Positions 1 through 14,953 of a stretch of 64,000 bases of DNA are shown in pieces. The translations under genes were made by a program, and so were the position numbers. Numbering within the stretch: position 1 is the first letter of the stretch; the number at the start of each line of letters is the position of its first letter. This stretch comes from Chlorokybus atmophyticus (taxonomy: Eukaryota; Plantae; Mesostigma and Chlorokybus algae), in assembly GCA_009103225.1 (NCBI GenBank), contig RHPI01002402.1:715412-779411 (forward strand). Direction: 5' to 3'. The notes beneath the pieces were generated by a model. That model was given only the letters and a program-made list of their open reading frames with translations, was not told where the DNA came from and did no database searches.

Positions 1-429
1 CCAACCAACCCTACTCAACGTTGTACTCGACCTAATCGTTGTCCTGATTGGACTCCTCCTTTCCCGCTGCCACGTCTGCTACGTACGCCTAGTCGTACTC
101 CGCCGCCGCCTCCTCCTCCTCCTCCGTGCCTCTCGCTCAGCCCTTCACAGCAACACTCTTGATTGGTGTTGATCTATCACTCTCACTCACGCTCTCGCTC
201 TTGCATCCAGATAGATAGAGGACGGTCTGCTGCGGAGTGTGTCTCCACGCCGCCGCCGCCGCCGTGGCCGTGGCCGTGGCCGGCGATGTCGTCGGCGGCG
301 TTGGTGATGGTGTGACACAGCCACGTGACGTCGCTGCTCGGGATCAGCGGGTTCACCTGGCTCGCGACATCTGTGTGCCAACAAGGTGATCCGTAGTGAT
401 CCAGAGTGTGCAGTGTGTTCACTGCCACC

Positions 430-2738
430 ATGGCGGCGGCGACGGCGGTGGCGGTGGCGGCGGCGGTGAGTTCGGGGCCTTTGGTGCGGACGGGAACGCA
501 GTCAGGGTTGGAGAGGAGGAGAAGTCACGCAGGTGACGCCACTGTTTGCGCATTTCTTATCTCCTGAAAGGGCAAGTACTTGCAAGCCTGTACTGCCGCT
601 AGGCTGAGGCATTCAGGGGAGGTGTTGTTGGTGCTGTAAGCTAAGAACTGAGTGCAATACAAGCTTAGTATACGAGCGTCTTGTATCAAATGCTTAACAT
701 ATATAGACTTTAATAGCAGCATTTGGTGCGTTGCCGTGTCTGGAGGTTTTGGCTTGTCCATGAACACCTCTAGCATGTTGCATTGCCCGCAGGGGCGTTC
801 CACTTTCTAATGTTCCAATAGTAACCTGTGAAACACAATTGCCAGTCCGCAGCACAGAGTAAGACATGCATGCCAAGCTCAAGAATTTGTGAAATCGGCC
901 TTGTGTCAGATTACCAGCTTGCAGGCATGGTTTTCTGCTGTCATCAACCGCAACAAAATCGCCACAATATCCTTTCTGTACATGTGTAGTAATGCACAAT
1001 CTGCAGGTGCTGTGGCATCCTCCGCTGCCTCGCAGTTTTCGTCTTCGCATACGCACGCACGACTCAGGTAAGCAAACATGCCATGAATTGCAAGCACCTT
1101 GTCTATCCCACACCGTTGTGACAACCATTGTGTAGTGTGGGCCTCAGTATATTGATGGAATCTAGTTCTAATTATTCCCCTTTTTTGCCTCAGGTCCCTC
1201 GCATCCACCTTTGCTCGCGGCACACTTCCAGCTACAAACTCATTGTCGTTGTCGACAACGAGACGGAAACACCGCAGTTGCAGCAGGCGGTCATGCAATC
1301 AGCGTTCCGGCGATGCTGTTGCACTCTTCACAGGTAGGGCGTGTGCGTGGTGAGAACATATAACCAAGAACGACAAATCAGCTGGCTGGGAAACATATGG
1401 TGATAGCCATGAATGGTTGCGCTGTGATGATCATGTCTCACAGGCATAGTGGAGGAGATGGGCAGCGTGCGCGAGTTGCGTGAAGTGGATGGCGGCTGGC
1501 TGCTGACAGTCGAGGCGCAGGAAGTACTCGGCGGAGTCAAGGTGAGAGAGCAGTTTTTATTGATGACTTCTGGTGCTTGACTTTGTTGTCCATCCATATC
1601 ACTTTTGTCAATGACGACGAGAGTGCGTGAGGGCGGGCGTGGGTGCGCGCGTGCGTGTATGTGCGCCATGCTGCGCATGCAAACTGCCACGCACATAGCC
1701 CATGCGCCAATATGTCCGCGTAAACTACATATACGTTATAACAACTACACATGTGCGCAGTTGGGCGACAGCATTGCCGTCAACGGCACGTGTCTCACCG
1801 TCACGCGCTTCGATGAAGACTCCTTTGATGTCGGTGAGTGAGAGCATGCACGCTGTCAAATCAATCATGACTGTGTGAATATTGTGCTCTCATCCATGCA
1901 CACACTACAACAACAGCTTGTGTGTGCATGCGCAGGGCTCTCGCCAGAGACGTTGCGCAAAACTTCCCTCGGCGAGCTTGAAAAAAACTCACGCGTCAAT
2001 CTTGAGCGATCGCTGCAGCCTTCGGGACGGTTTGGTGGCCATTTTGTGCAGGTGAGTGTTGTTGCAGTAAGCCACCGCATGTGCGTGTGGCACCAGTGTA
2101 TGATCAGCCATGCCATGTCTGTTGTAATTTCATACAGGGTCATGTTGACGACACGGGGATTATCACTAAGTTTGAGCCCGAGGGTGATTCGCTGTGGGTG
2201 ACCGTGAAGACGAGCCCGGATTTGTTGAAGTACATTGTGCCAAAGGTGGGTGGTTGGGTGCGTGCACGCATGCATGTATTTTTGAAGCAGGCAAACACAT
2301 TGATGGTTGATGACGAAGCACACGTGTGTGGTCCACAGGGGTACATCGCAGTGGATGGGACGAGTTTAACCGTTGTGTCGGTGATTGATGAGGTAAAGCG
2401 CACAACATGGGCTTGACACGTTGTTGTTGTGCGTTTGTTTGTTGAATGAGCTCAAGTCGCAAGCCAAGGCGTGTGTTGCAAACATGTTTTGCAACATTTT
2501 TGCAGGAAGAGTCGTTCACTTTCATGCTCGTTGCATACACACAAAGCAAGATTGTGCTGCCGCTGAAAAAAGTTGGGAACAAAGTAAACCTTGGTAAGTG
2601 CTTTGTTTTTCAGTTGCATCAGTTGCGTCCACGGTAACCGATACCTCCCTTGCTCGTGCAGAAGTGGACATTCTTGGCAAGTACATTGCAAGGTTCCTAG
2701 AAAGGGACCAAAAACCGGCTGCGATGCCTTTGTTGTGA
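430..2738 (+). CDS. RIB5: Riboflavin synthase (alpha chain) with N-terminal plastid transit peptide, ~10 exons
   Basis: Splicing at GT-AG sites gives MAAATAVAVAAA... transit peptide, then LFTG|IVEEMGSV, LGDSIAVNGTCLTV, VNLERSLQPSGRFGGHFVQ|GHVDDTG, GYIAVDGTSLTVV and KVNLE|VDILGKYI; stop TGA at 2736-2738. Confidence 0.93.
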
Positions 2739-3611
2739 TAGGTACACATTCACATGTACATGTGACATTTGCAGCAGATTGGTGTGCGCGCATTGGTAGT
2801 TGGTAGCAAGATTCAGGTGCAGTGCTTGTGAATGCGAGCACGAGTCTTGCAACACCCAAGACAGACAACGGACAGCTGCAGTGGCATGCATTGGATGGAG
2901 GGCCAAGCCTTCACACCTGCGCGATGCAAGTATGCATCATGCGCGAGGTGCAAACTTGACTGGTTGTGCTGCTAGCTGTACAACATCCTGCAGAAGGCAA
3001 CTGCTCACTATGTCAAAGGCTACATACTTCAGTGTCAGTTTGGGCTCCCCTCCACTGGCCTCTTACCTGCCAAAGACAACCGACCAAATAGGCCCAACAT
3101 CTAGAGCTAAGCAACAGTAGTAGAGCTCAAACCGACAGTGCATATGCAAGATCAATAAAATGACCCACAATGGCAAGAAGAAAGGCCCAGCTTAAATGCA
3201 TGTGGAGTGTGAGAGTGGGTACTATAGTGACATGTACCTGTGACGTGTACCTGCAGCGGAGTGTTGTTGCCAATGGACAGGGTGTTCCTGAAAGTTTGCA
3301 TCACATCATGTCCAACACTATGAGCTGGGTTCACCCCCCCTATACCCCAACTGTTGCATAGTAGCAGCCAACAGATGCGACGTGAATAGGAGATATGTGC
3401 AGCCAGAAAAGGCTGTCATAGAGTTCATCCGCAGCAGAGCCCAATCTGTGTGGACATATATAATCTGTGCGCATTCGGACATTGCATGCACTGCTGATGG
3501 GAAACAGACGAAACAGTAAACTATATTACAAACCTAACCAACACCACAGCAAACCACTGGCCCACTGTCTGCTTTATTGGAATGGTCAACACGCTACAGA
3601 CAGAGCAAATA

Positions 3612-6600
3612 CTACTGTTGTGCAGCAGCATCTTCCGCCCCGAACCGTGCAAGCCGCCGTCTTCTCAACGTTTCGGGTGTTTCGTGCAAGCCGTCGTCCG
3701 CTTGGTGGTCGCGTGCGGGTTGCTGCAGCTGCTGTTCTGCCTGCTGCAAGGGGCTTGGACCTCCCGCAATGGTTGTTGAAGGATCTGGCCGCAGAGCCGG
3801 TGAACCCACAACTGGCTGTGCGGTGCCCACAGGTACAGGAGGGGGTGCTGTGGTGAAACCTGCAGGGACTCCTTGTGAAGTTCTTGAAGGCGCCTGCAGG
3901 GGTTAACGCGCTTTTAAACAAGGCAGGACACCAAAGTCATAAAAGCTACAGTTTGGTTTTGCAGCTCAGCACAGAAGCTATTGCAACTGCATGGATGTTG
4001 CGAAATCATACTACTACTTACTGCTGTGCTACTTGTGCTTGCTTGTGCATTGGGTGCTGTGGGCAGCCTTGCGTGTGCTTGCCACATAGCCATATACTGC
4101 GCATATTGCCCCAACGCTGTGAGCTGTGCTTGTGCCATGCTTGCCGCAAACCTTGCCTGCAACCCGCAGCACACGTTAATGAAGCTGGCAACCCACCGTT
4201 GCAAGTGCCAAAGTAATAAACATATGCCCCCAACTCACCCCAAGCGCCATCAACTGCTCATGTGTCATTGGCTGCGTCTGCCCTTGGCCAGCATGTGGGT
4301 CATAACCAGGCCAGGCATATGGAACAGCTTGCGGGTTGCCGGCCTGAGGAAAGCCTTGCTGAAACATTTGCTGTGGGTAGTACCCGTATGGCATGTACCT
4401 AACCACAAAAGTAACATTCATGCATGCAACACAAAGTGTTCATCTTGCAAATAACAAAAGCAGCAGATACCGTACCAGCCCTGTCCGCCTGTCCATCCCG
4501 GCCAAGCTTGCCCATACTGCGCCACTGCTGCCTGCTGCATTTGTGCTTGTAACGCAGCATTGTCCACTGGCGTCTGCCTTGCCTCTGCTGCACCATGTAC
4601 GGCTACAAAATGCGGCACGGCACCTTGGTGCATGTGCATCTGCAACCCAACAGCACCATGTGGCATCTGAACAGCCGGCATGTTGCCATGCCCCACACCA
4701 TCCCCTGCTGCTGCGTCTGGCGCAGGTGCTGGGTTGCTAGCGGGCGGAGGCGTTGGCGCAACAACTGGAGCTCTACATGTAGGGCATGTCTGTTGTCTGG
4801 CCAGCCATGACCGCAAGCAGTGCAAATGAAACAGATGCGAGCAGGGCAACTTCTTCGCTGTCAGCATCTCATCCCTGCATATGATGCAGGTGGCATCACC
4901 CTGGCTGAGCTCTTCTGCTGTGGCGTCTGGAAAGCGTTCGTTCATGTTTGCTGTAACGCGACGATAGCGGATGAAGTCCGCCACCCGTGCCTTGAAGTTT
5001 CTAAACGTCCAGTAGAGATCGCGTACAAGATGAAGGGGTAAGCCATAGTTGACAAATATGATGAGGAAGAAGACAAGGTACACAAAGAGATGAAGCAGGT
5101 CGGTGACAAGCTCCAGATAAAAAACGTAGACGCCTTTGCCGTCCCACCGACCCTCAAGCACATTGTCCGCCAAGAACAGGGCATACTTGATGAATGTGGC
5201 AACTGTCGCAGATGCTAAGATGACATATCTGCAAATGCACACAATATGCAGTGTCAGCACGGGAATGCTAACGCCACATGCACATGCTTGGATAAGGCGT
5301 TCATCATGCATAATATCTCTGCCAAATCACCTGTCAAATGCCAAAGATTAATCATGACAGACTTACTCGAATGCAAATAGCAGGAGAACGGAGGTATCGT
5401 TCTCCATGATGTAGCCCACCGCATACTTCAAGAAGCAGATATCAACAGCAAGAAGAATAGCAAGAAAAGTCATAATGCGGAGGTGGTTCAACCGCGACAC
5501 TGTAGGTGTGGTCTCGATATACTCGACACGATCCTAGCACCAAGAACACAACATACACGTTAATTGATCGTACAACGTGGTAAACCACAGCCTTGCAAGA
5601 AGGGGAGTGAGAAGGGGGGGGGGGATACCTGAGCCAGCCAGTGGAATATTTTTACAAATAGCAGCGACGTGAACATTGCCACAAACGAGATATTGAAGTC
5701 ATCTCTGAAAATTGTCATAGCCAAACATGTCTCCATGACACTATCCTTGCTGCGCTCATTCAAGCGCTCCACCTCAGCCTCTCTCAACGTGCCCAGGAAG
5801 ATCTGCAACAATTGCACAACTGCATCATCACCATGCACAACACAACAAATTCAGACCTTTCCGACTTGATCCCACTGCTCTGCTAGAAAACTAAACTATC
5901 GACATTCAACGCAGACGATGAGACCTTAAAGTTGGAACAGTACGTAATGGTTCGCTAGCAGTAGCAATATCAGCGTCACCGAGGGCCATCTCCCAACACA
6001 GGACTACTTGAGAGGTGGGTTCCAGAAGATTTATTAGGGTGGTAAGCTTGAGAAGAGGGGACAAAAAGAGCGTCATGTTGCCGTGTGCAAAAAAATCAGG
6101 CCACACACGAAACCAGCACAGCCAGAATGTATGTGGAGCTGGCAGCATAAACGTGATCACACAGCAGCACATGCTGAGCACAGCTAGGTGTTCTTACAGC
6201 TCATATTTGAATTCGGTCCGAACTTGTATATGGCCTCCTGGCATGCAAGGGTGCGTCAAAAACAGCCAAAGAAAAGTCAAACGCTTGTGCGGATGTTGAA
6301 CGTCAACTGAGTTACCGCAACAGCCAGAACATTTGAAGTTTCTGACGACGAGAGCCAAGGATGCAGGCTGTACTTGTCATGCCAACGTTAACTGAACAGT
6401 ATGTGCCCTTCATTCATGCACCGAGCCCATATGACACCTTCATCTGCTTACCCTCTTGATCAATTGGCCAAACAGAATGGTGAGGACGAGGGCCATGTTG
6501 CCAAGCACTACAATAGAGAACTTGGACGTTGACAAGTAGAGCATGGCAGGGTAGAACTGTCCCCTCGTTGTGAAAGCATGCCACACCACTCCGGCAGTCG

Positions 6601-6640
6601 CCAATACCGACACAGCGGTGTAACGTGCCAAGCTCAACAT
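3612..6640 (-). CDS. HRD1: ERAD E3 ubiquitin ligase HRD1/synoviolin (multi-TM + RING-H2)
   Basis: N-terminus MLSLARYTAVS...QFYPAMLYLSTSK; ERLNERSKDSVMETCLAMTIFRDDF; WDGKGVYVFYLELVTDLLHL; RING CIICRDEMLTAKKLPCSHLFHLHCLRSWLARQQTCPTCR; C-terminal ETLRRRRLARF. Confidence 0.95.
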
Positions 6641-7001
6641 TGTGCCCTGACGCTGGCGGATCCAGTCACCACCAACTGCTGCCTCCAACCCTTTGTCAGC
6701 CTCCTTTCCGCATGCTAGTCACAGCTACCCCACCCAACCCCCTAGACTTGCTTCCTCACTTTGCGCACAGCACAACAGCAACAATCGTAGCACACCTATC
6801 TACACACACAGAGAGCCAGCTGGCCCCGACCCTGGCTCGCCGTCAACGTTGTTTCAGGAAAGACTCGCACAGAACTATGCGAGGTCAGTGGAAGAGTGCT
6901 CCCCACAGACTCTGTCACATCCAAAGTGCGGCGGCCACAGCCCACAGCCTCCGCCGTCGCCTGACAGCACCGCCAGCGACACCGTCGCCCAGCACAATCA
7001 C

Positions 7002-7011
7002 TTTAGGGTTT
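7002..7011 (-). promoter_or_regulatory. Telo-box (AAACCCTAAA on minus strand) in the HRD1/HECT divergent promoter
   Basis: TTTAGGGTTT on the + strand between two divergent genes; matches the plant interstitial telo-box. Confidence 0.45.
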
Positions 7012-7699
7012 GATTCCGTACGTCACACCTGAGACAATCGCTTCATTTTTGCTGCGACTGTCGGCAGCCAAATCGAACGCTAGACATGAAACGCCATCCT
7101 GAAACGGCTTCACGCGTCGGATCGTTCCCCTACAAACGTCAACTGCGAGCTGGACAGTTTCGCTTCCGTTTTGGCTGACTGGGTTCAACTGTTACGGAGG
7201 CGATCAGGCACGTAAGTACGCGGCTGACGGGGCACGTCGCCAAAGACTTTACGCATCATTCAAACTTTGCCAACATGAAGCGTTGGACACCCAGCCAAAA
7301 CCAGACTGTTTACGGCACAGTCACCCTAATGATCCGGTATCTCAAGTGGCAGGACGGAACTTTTCCGCCATGGGACTTTTGTCGCTTGCGGTTGCAGCGC
7401 TAAGCGTCACTGCAGGCCAATGCGTGCAGGTGCCTGGCAGGCTTAGGTGGTGGCGGCGGCGGTGGAGGACGACAAGGACGTGGACCAGGCGGTTGTGGGG
7501 GGGCGTGATCGTGCACAGCTTGTTGGCTGGAGCATGGGGCCAGTGCCTTGTTAGCTGTGAAAGTGTCCCGGTCGGACGGGATCTTGGGGAGAGTGGCAAT
7601 GCGCCGCAGCTGCTTCCGCTCTTAGCAGGCCACGGGGGGCCAGGGTTTGCTGCCATGGGTGGGGAGTAGGCTGAGAGGGTTTTGCCTAAGCAGCCCGCC

Positions 7700-10355
7700 A
7701 TGAGGGGGCGCTCAGTCGTTGACTCCTCCCGGAACGTGGGAGGCGGCGTCAAAGGCTCCCAGGCCACCGGTAGCATGGGCGGCCACGCAGGGCTGACGCC
7801 CTTGCTGGGCCTGCTGGGCTTGCTGTGCGTCGTGCCCGCAGTCATGCTGTTGTGTGTGCACCGACGCAGACGACGCCGTGCTAATCCTCAACAAGGTATG
7901 AGTTACTGTCTACTTTGCCATAAGTGCTGCAACTGAAAAACAGCAGTTGAAGTTGCCTGCAACAAATATCAGGTCGCCGTCACGTTGCCGTTGCACTATA
8001 CGGCCAGACAGGTTTATGTGCTCGTCAATTTCTGCCTTTCCGTTTCGTTGAGTCTTGCGTGGCCTGCTGCGAAAGTGGCGTTACTTGGCAGGCAACAATT
8101 CATGCACCGTGACAGTTTACAGCAGACCTTGCGTCATGAGTCCCGTGGGCAGTGCGTAGGCCGTGTGTACACCGTTTACCCAAGCAGTCATAACTGGTTG
8201 TTTCATTGTGCATTAGTACTTCTTGTGTGTAGCAACTAAGCACATACTTCGACTTTTATGATTATTGGTGAGAGAGCAACTGAAACGCAGCAGCTGACTA
8301 TTGCATTTCAGCTGCTTGCTTTGTGTTTTACAGGGTGTCATGCAAACATACTGAAATTTACGGTGCTTGGCAGTGGCAGTCCTTGCTGAAGTGTTGAGCG
8401 ATGGTAGAGTCGGTCAAGTTGTTGAGGCACCCTCAAGCGCAACTGATGTAAAGGTTCCGAGGACGATAGAGGACATTATGTCCTTGAAAGACACGGTTTC
8501 AGTTGCGTCGTTCTTCCAGTTGAAGCGCGATTGGCTTGGCAAGTAAGTCTTGTGGTTGAGGGCATGCCGTCAAGTTCACTTACACCTCCAACCAGTTGCT
8601 TTTGCGGCATTTAGCGGCATAAAGTGACATTGCTGTCTCCAACAGAAAATTGTCTGCGGAGCATCCTCGCGATGCTGCGTCAAGTTTACAAATTGTGGTG
8701 CGAAGAGAACAGGTTTTCCAGGACTCGTTTTTGCAGGTACAGCATTCTTGGTGCTCTACAGACTAGATGTCATCTCTGCACCTTGCGTGCGCTCGTGTGA
8801 TCGCAATTCACAATAAGGCTAAGTACGGTAGTACGCATGTTTACGTCTCTCACACGGACGCTGTTGCAGTTCTCTGTGTTGTCCGGTGAAGATCTACACA
8901 AGCAGTTGTGTGTGCATTTTGTTGGAGAGCCAGGCCGCGATGATGGCGGCATCACCCGCGATTGGTACACGATTCTGTCAAGGGAGATTGTGGACCCGCA
9001 GTATGCGCTGTTCAGAAACTCAGCTATCGACAACTACACCTTTCAGGTTTGCTTCGTTGCGCTACCGGTTCACCTTACCACCTTGAATCATCTTGACAGT
9101 GTTTTTGCAGATCAATCCCAACTCCGATGTCAACCCAGACCACTTGGAGTTTTTCCATTTTATTGGTGTTGTCCTTGCGAAGGCTGTGCGAGATGGTTGC
9201 CTGCTAGACTGCCACTTCACGTCGCTCTTCTACAAACGGTTACTAGGTCGGACGCTGACATATGATGACATGTCGACTGTTGACGTTGAGTTCCATCGAT
9301 CGCTCTGTTGGTTGCTGGAGAACAACATCAACGGGCTGGATTTGGGTTTGTATTTTGTGGCTGAGCTTGATAGGTGGGTACTTGGCCTGCTCGTGTTATC
9401 ACTGCAAGTGTGCATGTATTCGCCGTTATTGGCACACTCCTACTGAGCTGACAAGATCTAGCCGACCTGGATCTAGGTCAGCTAGACCTTGTCCTGCACA
9501 TGTAATGTGCAGGATGAGTAGACTCGTCAGTTGTTAAGCATGCAATTGAGTATTCGTACCATTGTGTGATGCAGGTTTGGGTTGCGTCAGCAGGTGGAGC
9601 TTAAACCGGGTGGCGCAGATTTTGAGGTGACAGACGAAAACAAGCAGGAGTACGTGGACTTGCTCGCCAGATGGACATTGAAAGAGAGTGTTGAGGCGCA
9701 GGTACGTGAGAGTTATCCCTGCCAGAAAAGCACCTACATATGTATACTCACCCAACGATGTTGACGGCAAGACACTAATGGCAGTATATGGGCAGTCGCA
9801 AGGGCTGCTGGCAGGCTTTGCGAGCGTCATTCCCCTCAATCTGTTGCAGCACTTTGATGAAACGGAGTTGGAGTGGCTGATGGGCGGTCTTCCGAAGCTT
9901 GACATCAGTGACTGGCGGGCTAACACTGTATATAAAGCTGGCTATACTGCAGATAGCCCGGTAAGTCTTCAAGCACTCACAAAGGATGCTGTGGCCATTA
10001 TGGTAACACGCAGTTAGGGTTAGCCCCCTGCAACTGACTGGTTGCATATTCGCTTCAGGTCATTGTGTGGTTGTGGGAGCTTATTACAGCAATGGATCAA
10101 GAGATGAGAGCGCGGTTACTGCAGTTTGTGACGGGTACATCTAAAGTGCCGTACCCGCAAGGCTTCAAGGGATTGATGGGCAGTGATGGGCCGAGGCCTT
10201 TTCACATAGTGCGCGTGACGCATACATACAGGTTGCCGCAAGCTCACACTTGCTTTAACGAGCTGATCCTTCCCCCATATAGCACTAAAGAGAGGCTAAA
10301 GGTGGCACTGCAACGCGCTCTGTTTGAGACCGGCAACTGTTTTGGTCTGCGCTGA
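7700..10355 (+). CDS. HECT-domain E3 ubiquitin ligase with N-terminal hydrophobic anchor (start at ATG 7700 or 7775)
   Basis: Exon 1 has LTPLLGLLGLLCVVPAVMLLCV-HRRRRRR; donor after 7895 and in-frame acceptor at 8374. HECT motifs VVRREQVFQDSF, FVGEPGRDDGGITRDWY, INPNS, LLQFVTGTSKVP and catalytic LPQAHTCFNELILPPY; stop at 10355. Confidence 0.88.
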
Positions 10356-10952
10356 GGAGGCCTTGTCTGCTTCACCTAGGCCCTTACTCGTTTCATCGTT
10401 CATGTCCCTTGAAGCTGCCAGGCTGTTCCCAAAACAGCACTGAGTTTGTATAGTAAATTCACCTAAGAATGGTTGCTGCAGGGATACTCGCTAGCTGCTG
10501 AATGCACGATGTGTTCAATTCAGCAGGTTCTAGTGTTGTGCATGCGTTGCTAGAACGCCAGGAGTAGCTTGGTTTGTTGTAGGTAAAAGCGGCGCTGTTA
10601 GTGTCTACTCTTTCGAGGTGGCTGCATACATCGCTGGTAATAAACGAAACACAGCTATCATGCATGACACAGTGTATTGTAGCCTCTACATGTTAGCAGT
10701 GGATGCCGCGCATGTAAACATCACACATCAACTATGTTGAAATTCTATGGGACAAGTGCATGCATGTATTGTGCTTGTCATGCTTATTGCAATCGCGATA
10801 TTGCATACACCGTACACACAGCAAGCGCCTGGTGCATGCATTGCATGTGAAACACGTGGTAAATAACCAGCTCGAATCCCCGCTTGCAATGAATGTGCAG
10901 CCTATTTCTGCAGGACTAGCAGTCAAAGACACACAACAGCATGCACACTCTG

Positions 10953-12284
10953 CTAGCAGACAAGGCAGCGGTTGTCTTTCTGCTGTGCTTCTGAGGATTG
11001 GTGCGCGGCTTCTACATGGCACACCAGTGCCCCAACATCAGCAAACCTGTCCCCACATTGTGGACAGACTTCGGGGCCGGATGTGTTGCTGTTGAGGACA
11101 CTACCGGCCTGCATTATTCTCCGCTGAGCGCTGCCGCGGAGGGTGTTTGAAGGGTCTGGAGCGTTTGCTGAAACAGCAGTCTTCTGCCTGGCCTTGGCTG
11201 TGCTTGTCACTGAGGAAGACGCCACAGCAGCATTGAGCGTGTCCTTTGCACGCTGCAATAGACTGCGCTGTTTGATGGCAGCTGCCGCCGCAGCTTGAGC
11301 AGCGTTTCGCCTCTCCGCACAGGCATGGTCCTATGCACCACAACCCAGGGCAGGTTAGCTAATAACCTAGTGCACCAATATGTGACAATATGTGGCACAT
11401 GCAGGCAACTGCTCTGCTTCAGTCATTCAGGCGCGGCATGCACTCATTCACTGCCACGCAGCTCACGTGTCATGCTGTACCTTTGCAAAGCGATGGCGCA
11501 GGCATATGTCTGTGTGGCAGTCTCTGCAAGCAAACTTGTTGGAGAAAGTAAGGGCCTCTTTGCAACCTGGAACAGGACATCTCCTGCGCTTCTTCACGCG
11601 CGCATAGTTTGCGGGATCACAAGCCCCCGAAGATGATGCATGGCGTTCCCATGTCAAGTTTGGGTTCTCCCCGGGTATCAAGCGAACACCTTTCAAGCAC
11701 AAGGGGCACACCAACACGGATGTATCTCGATCACCGGCCACGCTGCACCTGTTACGACACAGATGCACTTGATGTCCACCGTTTGCTGTGGGCGAGCTGG
11801 TGTGACAACCAAGCCTCGCGTGCATCAAGCAGAAACACACTTGCTCAACCGCAGTGCAATGACAATGTCACAACCACCAAACCCAGAACTACTCCCCCTG
11901 CTGCATAGCTTGGCAGTCTGGACAAGTCTCAGTGTCACAAACGTGACCTGATAAACTAAAACAATCTCGATGACTAGATTGCAATAAGGGAACTGATTGA
12001 CACTCGGCACGACCTCGATGAACAGATTGCATGTCAGCACCAGAAAGGTAGCGGATTGCAACTGTACATGCATACCACAGACATGCTAACATCAACCCAC
12101 GCCTGGCTGGTCATAATGTCGCAAGCAAAAATACATCGAGTACGTACTCATGCTCGCGGTAGGTGCGATGATCCAGACAGTAAATGCGCTTGCAGGCGTC
12201 ACAGTCAAAGGGTAGAAAGTCCACTAGTTGACATCCCTCGTATGAACAATGCTTTCCCAACTCCGGAAACGCCACTGTTCCCAT
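10953..12284 (-). CDS. AN1-AN1-C2H2 zinc-finger protein (ZFAND2/AIRAP-like, plant SAP11/13-like) ending in a CaaX motif
   Basis: MGTVAFPELGKHCSYEGCQLVDFLPFDCDACKRIYCLDHRTY (AN1); VLVCPLCLKGV; CPVPGCKEALTFSNKFACRDCHTDICLRHRF (AN1); CPQCGDRFADVGALVCHVEAAH (C2H2); ends NRCLVC*. Confidence 0.9.
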
Positions 12285-13152
12285 CCCACACCCAGCAGGA
12301 CAACACAACGGGCCAAGTCACTGTGTGAGTCACACAGTGTGCCACCTCTCCGCTATCAACGCCAGCTAACAAGGCACTTTGACACTAAGTCACTAGCGTT
12401 CGCAATGCTGCCTGTCCTAAGATCCCACAAACTTCCAACGCAAAGACTCCGTCGCGCACAGACGTCCTCTCCTGCCCACCCTTGTTGATTACGCTGCCGC
12501 CGCCGCCCACAACCCTAACGCCAGACACTTCTAGAAAGGTCTGCCTTCCACGTGTCAGCTGTGCACGAGCCCTGCCACGCAGCTGCGCACTGCTTGTGCA
12601 GATAGCTTGTGCGTAATTGTGCAACAAGTGGACTGTGCGGCAAGTGCGCCGGCCGCACTTGCCGCACAGTCCGCGGCCCAAATTTAGTTTTTGGCGGGGT
12701 CCAGTCTGTTTGGTGCAGTTTTGGACGCTGGCATGAGGTTGAAAATCAACGGTTTTGAAGTCAACCCCGCGCAGACGACTCGGTTAGCCTCAACGCGTTA
12801 AAAATCCGCCGCCGCAACTGCTTGGACCAAACAACTCCGATATCCTTTGCCTCTTCCGGACGTCACATTGATATTGATAATCAAGTTGATACAGAAATAA
12901 CCGTGGAAAGGGGCGTGCGCTGAGGCAAAGACGCGATCAGCGCGGAGGGGCATTTTGGTCAAGAGTAGCCGGGGTTGGATTTGGAAGCGTGCAGCCAAGC
13001 TGAGCACTCAACACGATTAGGGCGGGAAGGCGGCGAGGCAGTTGTTGTTGTAGTCGCCAAGCAGCCGCGTCCTCAGCACGCGGTTAGCGAGGCGCTCTTC
13101 CTGCTTCTGCCGTCCGCCGCCGTCAACGTTGCTGCACACCACCAAGCCGTGA

Positions 13153-14953
<1,801 letters not shown>

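Noticed and set aside
183-431. Minus-strand ORF MVAVNTLH... overlapping the riboflavin synthase ATG (shared CATG)
   Set aside because: Low-complexity with no recognisable domain; more likely promoter/UTR or the start of an unassignable neighbouring gene.
967-975. ATATCCTTT, a U12-type AT-AC donor look-alike (also at 12840-12848)
   Set aside because: It lies ~30 nt before a normal acceptor inside a GT-AG intron (the second is in promoter DNA); no CCTTAAC branch site or coding logic supports it.
5540-5630. HRD1 intron with GTATCC donor as a possible U12-type intron
   Set aside because: The donor continues CCCC rather than TT, and only a weak CAATTAAC lies near the 3' end; treated as major class. 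I found no convincing U12-type intron in this window.
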